A DNA stretch of 64,000 nt, taken from Candidatus Aminicenantales bacterium. GTDB lineage: Bacteria > Acidobacteriota > Aminicenantia > Aminicenantales > Aminicenantaceae. The stretch covers positions 13,124 to 77,123 of the forward strand of contig JBHIDX010000001.1 in NCBI GenBank assembly GCA_046760305.1, read 5' to 3'. The position numbers and the translations under genes are program-made. The notes under the pieces were generated by a model. That model did no database searches. It worked only from the letters and a program-made list of their open reading frames with translations, and had not been told where the DNA came from. Below, piece by piece: positions 53,887-61,574 of the stretch (positions are counted from its first letter, which is position 1; each line of letters starts with the position of its first letter).

Positions 53887-55155
53887 TTGAAAAAAAATCA
53901 GCACATGAGAGCCGGATCAGGAGAAAAAAGTCGTGGTTTTATCCTCGTCATAGGAGTGGTTGTTCTTACTTCCCTTCTCCTTCTTGCCCTGCCCTTTATT
54001 TACCAGCTCATGTCAGAACGGAAGATTTCGGAGAAATCCTATAAGGTTTTAACAGCCATGAGCATGGCAGAAGCAGGCGCTGAGCGAGCCATATGGGAGC
54101 TTGCTTATGGTGATATTTCAAGCTGGAGTGGTAACAGCTCTTTGCGAACAAAAACCATCTCTGACTTTCAGGCAGCTGGTGGCGCTGTCCTCGGTGATAT
54201 AGAGATCAGTGTCTCAGACCCTGAGAGCAACAGTCCTGTGGTGGAAGCTACAGGCAGGGTACCCTACTCCGGTTCAACTACCGTGGATAGGACGGTGAAA
54301 GTTGTCCTCGAGAGAGAGGCACTTTTCAGTTACGCTGCTTTTGGCGTGGAAAGAGTTACTGTCCAGGAAGAGGCTCTGGTAGACAGCTACGACTCGCGGG
54401 ATGGTCCTTACGGAGATTTGAACATCAGTTTTAAGGGGAATGTGGGCACTAATGATACGAGAAATAACCGCATCAGTATAGTAGGTACTTCTGTAGTCAT
54501 GGGGAACGCATATTCAGGCCCGGGAAGTGATCCTGAGCTTGCTATTCAGGTGGACGAAAGTGCTACTCTTTCCGGCTCAAAAGAAGCGCTCCAGAAGGCA
54601 AAAACCATAGTCAGTGTTCTACCTCCAGAAGGACTTCCTCAGAGAGGAAATTATAATCTCAGTCCTGGAGGATTTGATACCATCAGCTCCAGCGGGGAGT
54701 ACAGTTCTTTTACTCTTGAGGATAATGCCTCGCTGACCATAACAGCAAATGTTACCCTTTTTGTTAACGGAAACTTTACCATGAAAAGCTCATCTCAACT
54801 GGACATTCCTGATGGGGTAACTGTATTTATTTATCTTGCATCTAAATTCAAGCAGTATCCCGGTTCTTCGGTTAACAATCTTTCCCAGGACCCGACCAGG
54901 CTTATCATCCTCGGAACCCAGACCTGCACTGACTTTGACTTTAAGAATGGCTCAGCTTTTTATGGTGCAGTTTACGTGCCCGCCGCTCCCCTTGATATAG
55001 GTGAAACAGCAGATGTTTACGGTTCAATGGTGGGGAAAAGGGTGACGGTCAAAAGCTCGGCTAGTCTCCACTATGATGAAGCACTACAAGAAGTAATAGT
55101 TCCTTCCATTGAACTCAATTCTTATGTCGTCAAGTCCTGGAGGAAACATTCCTGA
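53887..55155 (+). CDS. large GspK/PilX-like tip protein, paralog B
   Basis: ...KSRG-FILVIGVVVLTSLLLLALPF (no Glu5), AEAGAERAIWELAYGDISSWSGNSSLRTKTISDFQAAGG (collinear with paralog A), and a C-terminus GSAFYGAVYVPAAPLDIGETADVYGSMVGKRVTVKSSASLHYDEAL. An alternative ATG start lies at 53905. Confidence 0.7.
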   Translation: MKKNQHMRAGSGEKSRGFILVIGVVVLTSLLLLALPFIYQLMSERKISEKSYKVLTAMSMAEAGAERAIWELAYGDISSWSGNSSLRTKTISDFQAAGGAVLGDIEISVSDPESNSPVVEATGRVPYSGSTTVDRTVKVVLEREALFSYAAFGVERVTVQEEALVDSYDSRDGPYGDLNISFKGNVGTNDTRNNRISIVGTSVVMGNAYSGPGSDPELAIQVDESATLSGSKEALQKAKTIVSVLPPEGLPQRGNYNLSPGGFDTISSSGEYSSFTLEDNASLTITANVTLFVNGNFTMKSSSQLDIPDGVTVFIYLASKFKQYPGSSVNNLSQDPTRLIILGTQTCTDFDFKNGSAFYGAVYVPAAPLDIGETADVYGSMVGKRVTVKSSASLHYDEALQEVIVPSIELNSYVVKSWRKHS

Positions 55156-55157
55156 AT

Positions 55158-55229
55158 GGGGTCAGGTCTTACATTCAAACATTTTCAGCAGAATTCCTTT
55201 CAAAAAGTATTAATGTAAGACCTGACCCC
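55158..55229. repeat. 18-bp perfect inverted repeat with a 36-nt spacer between convergent genes
   Basis: GGGGTCAGGTCTTACATT (55158-55175) and AATGTAAGACCTGACCCC (55212-55229). The right arm encodes the last codons of the prepilin peptidase (…WGQVLH*). Confidence 0.75.
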
Positions 55230-55971
55230 AGAGGGAGAGAATCTTTTCTCCCCAGAGGAGGGAGATGTAGGCAGCGGGCGCAAGAAAGCTGCCAAAAGGA
55301 AGGGAGTACTGAAAGTCCTTTTTCCTGAAGCTGATAATCAGAATACCTATTAGAGCTCCGCTGAAGGAAGCCAAAACCAGGGTAAGGAAGGTCCTTTCCC
55401 AGCCAAGAAAAGCTCCGAGCATGAGCATCATGGTTACATCTCCCATACCAAGGCCTTCTTTTTTTCTTGCAAGAAGGTAGGCCAGATACACAAAAACAAG
55501 AAAGCCTCCACCCACCACAGCTCCTACGAGTGCTTCTCTGAGGCTTAAGTCCGGGCGGAAGATTGAATAAACCAGAGCTAGAAGAAGAGAAGGCAAGGTG
55601 ATTTCGTCAGGAAGAAGCTGGTGCTTGAGGTCGATAAAAAAAAGTACAATCAGGGCACTTGTGAAAAGACAGGAAGCTAAGAGCGCCAATCGCAGACCAT
55701 AGCTGAAAAAAAGAACGAGGAAACTTAGAGGAGTAATGAGTTCAACAAGCGGGTAGAAAAGGGAGATTCTGGCTTTACAGGCGCGGCATTTTCCTCCGAG
55801 GAAAAGGTATGACAGAAGAGGAATGTTATCATACCATTTTATTCTAGTTCCACACTCAGGGCAGGAGGAAGGAGGCCTTAAAAGGCTCATTCTCAAAGGC
55901 AGGCGATAAATGAGCACATTGAGGAAGCTTCCCCAGGCAAGGCCGGCAAGGATGATGATTACCGCTTCCAT
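55210..55971 (-). CDS. prepilin peptidase (A24 family, PilD/GspO type)
   Basis: N-terminal CPECGTRI...GKCRACKARIS zinc knuckles and the GMGDVTMMLMLGAFLGW catalytic Asp motif. 253 aa polytopic protein. Confidence 0.92.
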   Translation of the reverse strand: MEAVIIILAGLAWGSFLNVLIYRLPLRMSLLRPPSSCPECGTRIKWYDNIPLLSYLFLGGKCRACKARISLFYPLVELITPLSFLVLFFSYGLRLALLASCLFTSALIVLFFIDLKHQLLPDEITLPSLLLALVYSIFRPDLSLREALVGAVVGGGFLVFVYLAYLLARKKEGLGMGDVTMMLMLGAFLGWERTFLTLVLASFSGALIGILIISFRKKDFQYSLPFGSFLAPAAYISLLWGEKILSLWGQVLH

Positions 55972-56828
55972 GGTATTATGCTCGGCTTTACTTCACCTTT
56001 TTTGGGATTATATACGTAATCCTGACCATCAAAGTCTTTGGGCAAGGAATTCAATAAACCTGCTGAGACAAGCTCTTGGAGTTCGGCTGGTTTGCGTCCG
56101 TAAATTTCTGTGAATCTGTCAATTGCTTCCTGGATGTTTTTTATATCGAGGGCAGCTTTTACTTGGTAAAGATGATTTGAGGCAATTTTTTTTATCCTCT
56201 CGTCTTCAGCTTCCTGATAGACTTCAAGCCATGTCTTCCAGGCAGTTTCGTAGTCTCCAGTCATGAAGGCAGCGTTGGCATAGAGCCGTTTGGCAATGGC
56301 CGGAGCTCCTTCGATTTCCATTGTTTTTTGGTAGTAATGGCGAGCAAGCCTGTAGTCTTTTATCACAAGCTGGGCGTAGTGACCTGCCTCGAAAGGAAGA
56401 ATCCACTCCTTCGGGTTGTGGATGAGCCCCCTGTCCAGGAGCTGGAGTGCGAGCTCGAAATCGCGGGCGTCGTAGATGGCAATCAAGGCTCCTATCTGGT
56501 AGGGATCGAGGTAATGGGGGTCAAGCTCTGAGATGACGGAGAAAATATGGTCGAGGTAGTTGAAACGCTCGGCGATTCCGGTGTTGCTGTAATACTGGAT
56601 AGCCCAAATGTAGATTAGGTCTGCAGCGAGAGAGTTGTAGCCGAAGGCGGCAAGCTTGAGGTATTTTCCGGAGGGAACGTAGATAACAGATGATCCGGCT
56701 ATTTTTTGGCGGGGGACTTTTTCCAGTTCGTAGCGGGAGAGAAGGAAAGCACTGCAGCTGATGATGATAAAAATGATAAACATGAGACTGAGAAATCGGT
56801 TGTTTCCTCCAAAGTTGAGCTTCGCCAT
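55959..56828 (-). CDS. membrane-anchored TPR-like helical-repeat protein
   Basis: One N-terminal TM (FLSLMFIIFIIISCSAFLL), then helical repeats (ALQLLDRGLIHNPKEW, RLARHYYQKTMEIEG, YETAWKTWLEVYQEA). Overlaps the peptidase start by 13 nt. Confidence 0.55.
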   Translation of the reverse strand: MAKLNFGGNNRFLSLMFIIFIIISCSAFLLSRYELEKVPRQKIAGSSVIYVPSGKYLKLAAFGYNSLAADLIYIWAIQYYSNTGIAERFNYLDHIFSVISELDPHYLDPYQIGALIAIYDARDFELALQLLDRGLIHNPKEWILPFEAGHYAQLVIKDYRLARHYYQKTMEIEGAPAIAKRLYANAAFMTGDYETAWKTWLEVYQEAEDERIKKIASNHLYQVKAALDIKNIQEAIDRFTEIYGRKPAELQELVSAGLLNSLPKDFDGQDYVYNPKKGEVKPSIIPWKR

Positions 56829-56836
56829 TCTAATTT

Positions 56837-57601
56837 TTAGATAAAATCTCTGTTCTTAAAGATGAGAAAAGCAATCGTCAGCACGAAGAGGGCGTAGAAT
56901 ATTCCGTAAAGTGTGGAGAGGACGAAATGCTCGAAAGGCAGCGGAAGAGCGTGGACAACTTCTGTCTTGATGTTGAAGTTTTCAAGGTCAGGAAGGATGA
57001 GATACACTGCCTTGACCACAGCTCTTGTTGCGCCGGGTTTCATTTTCTGGATAAGGGCCTGGAACCCCCAGGAGAGATGCCCGATAAGATAGAAGGAAAG
57101 GGAAAAGAGTGAACTCAGAATCGGACTCGAGAAGGTGGAAAAGAAAATAGCAACAGAGGTGATAAGACAGAGTTCGATAAAGATGAGATAAATAGCGCCC
57201 AGAAGCCGCCATTCAAACTTAAGGGAGTGGGAGAAAACGACCACCAGAAAGATAATGCTCATCATAACTATCATGATGAAGAGTGTTAAGATGAGACCAA
57301 GAAATTTGCCCAGTAGAAACTGAAAGCGATGGATTGGCTTGGCCAGCAGGGTGTAGATTGTCTTTTTGTCGATTTCTTTGTAGACAAGTCCAGTACCTAC
57401 CAGGATGGCCATCAGTGCTCCGAAAAGGGAGATGGAAGCAAGCCCGACATCTTTCACCACCTTTACCCTCTCGCCTACAGTAAGAAGTCCCAGCACCTGT
57501 GAGAAGAGGATAACAACCACGGCAAAGAAAACAAGAAGATAGAGTACTCTATCCCGGACTGCTTCTTTGAATGCGTTGGCTGCGATGGCTTTAATTCTCA
57601 T
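56837..57601 (-). CDS. ABC-2 type transporter permease
   Basis: 254 aa, six predicted TM helices, no nucleotide-binding motifs. Overlaps the ATPase gene (ATGA). Confidence 0.75.
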   Translation of the reverse strand: MRIKAIAANAFKEAVRDRVLYLLVFFAVVVILFSQVLGLLTVGERVKVVKDVGLASISLFGALMAILVGTGLVYKEIDKKTIYTLLAKPIHRFQFLLGKFLGLILTLFIMIVMMSIIFLVVVFSHSLKFEWRLLGAIYLIFIELCLITSVAIFFSTFSSPILSSLFSLSFYLIGHLSWGFQALIQKMKPGATRAVVKAVYLILPDLENFNIKTEVVHALPLPFEHFVLSTLYGIFYALFVLTIAFLIFKNRDFI

Positions 57602-58515
57602 TGTTGTTTCACCATGTCAACGAATATATCCTCGAGCGTCTCGGTGCGAGGGATGAGGGAATGAATTTTCCCCTTTTTCTCCTGCACAAGTTCGAGGATT
57701 CTCTCCATATTCTCTTCCTTGTGGACTTTGAGGAGCATCTTTCCGCCCCGGACCGAGAAACACTCTCCCAGGCTTTCTAGTTCATCCCTTTCCACCCCGG
57801 AGAGGGTGATCTCAGTGAAAAATATTTTTTCCGAGACGAGTTCCTGGAGTGTCCCCTGGCTGACGATTTCTCCCTTAACAATGATTGCCACCCGGTCGCA
57901 AATCATCTCAATATCCTGGAGAATATGAGAAGAGAGAAAAACAGTCTTTCCTTCTCTTTTGAGACTGACGATAACATCCCTTATTTCCTTTCTCCCCAGA
58001 GGGTCAAGACCACCCAGGGGTTCATCGAGGACAACCAGCTGGGGCTGGTTGAGGAGAGCCTGGGCGACACCAATTCTCTGGAGCATTCCTCGCGAGAACT
58101 TTCTCAGAGGAAGGCTGGAAAACCTTTCCAGCCCCACCAGGTTGAGAAGCTCCTTTGCCCTCTCTTCTATCTCCTTTCTTCTCATCGAGAAAAGTTCTCC
58201 ATAGAAGTGGAGAAATTCAGAGGCTGTCAGGTATTCGTAGAAGTAAGGGTTTTCAGGAAGAAATCCAATTTTCTCTTTTGCCCGCAGCGAAAGGTGAGGA
58301 AGCCCAAAGAGTTCTATTTTTCCCTTTTCAGGAAAGATAAGACCGAGCACGCATTTGATGGTTGTCGTTTTTCCCGCTCCGTTCGGACCTAAGTAGCCAA
58401 AAATTTCGCCCTCCTCCACTGCCAGGGAAATGCCTTTGAGGATTTTTTTCTTGCTGGGAATGAAGCCCACCCTGAAGGACTTGTGTAAGTCTTCAATAAG
58501 CAGTACTCTGGCCAT
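57598..58515 (-). CDS. ABC transporter ATP-binding protein
   Basis: Walker A GPNGAGKTTT, signature FSRGMLQRIGVAQAL, Walker B VVLDEPLGGLD. The start at MARVLLIEDLHKSF (58515) is preferred over the ORF-track start at 58632. Confidence 0.92.
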   Translation of the reverse strand: MARVLLIEDLHKSFRVGFIPSKKKILKGISLAVEEGEIFGYLGPNGAGKTTTIKCVLGLIFPEKGKIELFGLPHLSLRAKEKIGFLPENPYFYEYLTASEFLHFYGELFSMRRKEIEERAKELLNLVGLERFSSLPLRKFSRGMLQRIGVAQALLNQPQLVVLDEPLGGLDPLGRKEIRDVIVSLKREGKTVFLSSHILQDIEMICDRVAIIVKGEIVSQGTLQELVSEKIFFTEITLSGVERDELESLGECFSVRGGKMLLKVHKEENMERILELVQEKKGKIHSLIPRTETLEDIFVDMVKQQ

Positions 58516-58659
58516 TTCAGTTTTCCTATTATACGCATCCCGGAGAATAAAAAAAAGCGGTAATTGAAATCGTAGGCATCCCCAATTGCGTAATAATTGT
58601 GCTATGAAAAAGCCGATCCCTGCCCCATGCAATTGAGCGGGGAGGGAGAGGCTTTAATC

Positions 58660-59220
58660 CTAATCAGGCAGCACGTGTTTCAAGGTGTCAGGGTTGACAG
58701 TGATGTAGAGGTCTTTACCCAGGTAAAGAAGGGGCAAGATTTTCCTTGAATCGAGCACCCCTTTTTCGTTGAAGCATTCTTCCTCATGGACAGCGAGAAC
58801 TTCTCCCACAAAAAGGTCGTGGTCGCCATAAGCTTTGATGTCAGCTACTCTGCATTCAAAGGCAGCGTAAGCTTCGTCGATTAGAGGAGATTTGATAATC
58901 TTTGAGGGGATGAGCCTTAGCGGGAATTCTTTGAGTTTGTCAACATCATAGCCTGACTTTCTTCCAAACTGGGCTGAAAGCTTCACTCTCCCATAGCTTA
59001 CGAAGTTGACCGTAAATTCTTTTGCTTCAGAGATGAGCTTGTGGGTGAATCTCTTTTTCGAGATAAGAACACCGAAAAGCGGAGGCTGGAAGGAAAGGGC
59101 TGTGTGCCAGGCACAGGCCATAAAGTTCAGTCCTGATTCTGAGTGGGCACCGACAAGCGCCACTGTGTAAGGATAGAAATACTGAAATTCTTTTATCTCA
59201 GTTGTTATTTTTTTCATCAT
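58660..59220 (-). CDS. flavin reductase-like FMN-binding domain protein
   Basis: Split-barrel pattern YTVALVGAHSESGLNFMACAWHTALSFQPPLFGVLISK...FTVNF. 186 aa. Confidence 0.8.
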   Translation of the reverse strand: MMKKITTEIKEFQYFYPYTVALVGAHSESGLNFMACAWHTALSFQPPLFGVLISKKRFTHKLISEAKEFTVNFVSYGRVKLSAQFGRKSGYDVDKLKEFPLRLIPSKIIKSPLIDEAYAAFECRVADIKAYGDHDLFVGEVLAVHEEECFNEKGVLDSRKILPLLYLGKDLYITVNPDTLKHVLPD

Positions 59221-59664
59221 AGCCTCCTTTCCTCCCTGGGCTATATGTAGAGACCAATTATAGACCTCTTATTGAAAAAATAAAAGTTAACTTTCCTTGC
59301 CGCAGCTCGAATGGAGACACCGGGGCTTATTCTTTATCACCTTTTGAGGTGAGGGAAGAGGATGAGTCCTCATCTTTAAATTTCCCCCCTGAATCCATCT
59401 TGGGAAGCGATTGACGGCCTTTTCTTCCTCTGAAAAAATTTATAAACATCCCAGCCTTCTCTGGCTGATCCGATTGCCTCATCCAAGGCGAAACAAAGGC
59501 TGGGAAAAGGGGAGAGGAGGCAGGGGAAACTCCTCTCCCTGCCCCTGAAAGAGAGGAGTTATTCCTCCTTTCCTTCCCCGTGTTGAGAGAAGAGGAGTGG
59601 AGACTAACCAGAGCACCGAAACCCCCTTGTGGTTAACACTGTTCAAAAAAGGGAGGAATGAGTA

Positions 59665-60567
59665 ATGAGCAAGAGAATCTTATTTTTTTCCTTGGTTTTT
59701 GTTCTTATCGCTGGTCTTGCTCGGGCAAAAGGTAACACCTACATAAGTTTTGTCTACGGCTACACTCCTTTACACCTTTCTGATTTTGAAGACCATGTAA
59801 AGAGCCTGAACACAATGTTTAACTCCATATACGATAATTTCCCTCCGGTAGGCCAGGAGGTGGAAAAGACCATAGGTCTGGCAGGTCTTAAGCGGGCCAG
59901 TTCTTTTGAGAGCGAGCTGAGGATGGAGATTGTCCGCCGGTTCGAGATAGGAATTCTTTTTACTTACTATTTTGCCCAGCAGGAGAGCCGGTCTTCTGTA
60001 AGAGCAGGAAATTACGAGGTTCTGGCTGAGATGACGACAAAGTTGACCATTATCAATCCCAATCTGGTTCTCTTCCACTACATTCCCTTCTCAAAAAGAT
60101 TTACCCTTGAGCTTTATGCAGGAGCTGGTTATTACTACGCTCATCTCCCTTTTAATCAATTCCTGAGTTTTGACCATCCAGAACTTTTTGGACACATAAA
60201 CTATTTTTATCAGCAAGCGGTGAAGGCAAATCTGGGCTCTCATGGACTGGGAGCACTGGCAGGTGTGACGCTTGAAATCCGACCTGTGAGGTTTCTTGGG
60301 ATTCTTCTCGGCGGCAGATACCGCACCGTCCACATGGGTCGACTCTCTGGTTCGGGGACGTTTAAGGATACCTACACTCCGCTCACTGAAATCGAGAGGG
60401 GAGTGCTTTACTATTATTATGACCAGGATCTTGAGCAGGAATTTGGTGCTGATTTTCCGCTCCTCATTTATTCTGAAGACGAACCAACAGGGCTGGAAGG
60501 GCTGAAAGAGGCGCGGCTCAACCTGACCGGCTGGACTCTCATCATCGGGCTCAGGATCTGGTTTTAA
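59665..60567 (+). CDS. putative outer-membrane beta-barrel protein
   Basis: Signal peptide (…VLIAGLARA), alternating-hydrophobicity strands rich in Tyr/Gly, and a C-terminal ...LIIGLRIWF ending in Phe, as in OMP sorting signals. Confidence 0.55.
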   Translation: MSKRILFFSLVFVLIAGLARAKGNTYISFVYGYTPLHLSDFEDHVKSLNTMFNSIYDNFPPVGQEVEKTIGLAGLKRASSFESELRMEIVRRFEIGILFTYYFAQQESRSSVRAGNYEVLAEMTTKLTIINPNLVLFHYIPFSKRFTLELYAGAGYYYAHLPFNQFLSFDHPELFGHINYFYQQAVKANLGSHGLGALAGVTLEIRPVRFLGILLGGRYRTVHMGRLSGSGTFKDTYTPLTEIERGVLYYYYDQDLEQEFGADFPLLIYSEDEPTGLEGLKEARLNLTGWTLIIGLRIWF

Positions 60568-60695
60568 AGCTGGCTTTTCACCCCTCACAATATTAAAACC
60601 ATCAGGAAAAAGTGCTTTGTCCTTAATTTTCATCTTCCCTTTTCCCTGAAGGTTTCATAATATAGAGTGAAAGCGGATGAAAATGGAGAGTGATT

Positions 60696-61574
60696 ATGGA
60701 TTTTGGAGGAGCACTTAAGAAAAGTGAGGACTACAGAATAGCACTTATCGGGGTGCCGTTTGATGAGAAATCATGCTTCTTGAGAGGAGCAGCAAAGGGA
60801 CCGGATGCCATTAGGGCCGCATCCTCCGGAAAAGCAATCAATCCCTGGACAGAATTAGGAATAAACCTGGAGGAAGAAACTGTCATCGTTGACCTGGGGA
60901 ATATTGATGTCAAGGGCAGTGCAGACCAGGTTTTTTCGCACATAGAGGAGCGGGTGGGAGAAATTCTGGAGAGAAAGGCTGTGCCAGTTATCCTTGGGGG
61001 TGACCATTCGATAACCTATCCAGTGATAAGGGCTTTTTCTCGAAAATTCTCCAGCCTCGACATTCTCCATTTTGATGCCCATCCTGATCTCTATGATGAG
61101 CTTTACGGCGACAGGTATTCCCATGCCTGCCCCTTTGCTAGGATAATCGAGGAGGGGCTCGTCTCAGACCTTGTTCAAGTAGGTATAAGAGCTGCCACTG
61201 GGGATCATCAGGAGAAAGCCTCCAAGTACATGGTACGCACCCTGGATATGGATGATGTGGATAAAACACCCTTGCTCGAGTTTGCCAGCCCGCTTTATGT
61301 ATCATTCGACCTCGATGCACTCGACCCCGCCTTTGCCCCTGGTGTTTCCCATCATGAGCCGGGCGGCCTTTCCACCCGTCAGGCAATAAAGATTATTCAT
61401 AGCCTGAAGGCACGTATAGTCGGCCTGGATGTTGTGGAGCTTAACCCCGACAGAGATCAGAGTGACATCACTGCAGCTGCAGCCGTTAAAATCATTATGG
61501 AGGTTATGGGCAAGATAGTGGTTGAGAATAAATATCAGAGGAGTAAACATTCACAGGCTAAGGAGGAAGGATGA
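60696..61574 (+). CDS. speB: agmatinase (ureohydrolase family)
   Basis: Mn-binding motifs GGDHSITYP, HFDAHPDLYD and SFDLDALDPAFAPG. The ATG at 60696 has GGAG 7 nt upstream. The GTG at 60690 in the ORF track overlaps that Shine-Dalgarno site. Confidence 0.9.
   Translation: MDFGGALKKSEDYRIALIGVPFDEKSCFLRGAAKGPDAIRAASSGKAINPWTELGINLEEETVIVDLGNIDVKGSADQVFSHIEERVGEILERKAVPVILGGDHSITYPVIRAFSRKFSSLDILHFDAHPDLYDELYGDRYSHACPFARIIEEGLVSDLVQVGIRAATGDHQEKASKYMVRTLDMDDVDKTPLLEFASPLYVSFDLDALDPAFAPGVSHHEPGGLSTRQAIKIIHSLKARIVGLDVVELNPDRDQSDITAAAAVKIIMEVMGKIVVENKYQRSKHSQAKEEG

Noticed and set aside
49713-55971. tRNA-targeted genomic island downstream of tRNA(CAT)
   Set aside because: There is no integrase, no direct repeat of the tRNA 3' end and no mobility gene. 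The downstream genes functionally complete the upstream pilus operon, so this is native organisation, not an inserted island.
59462-59477. TGGCTGATCCGATTGC as a sigma54 promoter upstream of the OMP gene
   Set aside because: GG and GC are separated by 11 nt instead of the invariant 10, and the element sits inside a predicted helix loop.
59325-59485. 50-aa minus-strand ORF (MRQSDQPEKAGMFINFFRGRKGRQ...) in the 444-bp intergenic region
   Set aside because: It has no Shine-Dalgarno sequence, a hydrophilic low-complexity composition and no domain. The coordinates are approximate and it is not supported as a gene.
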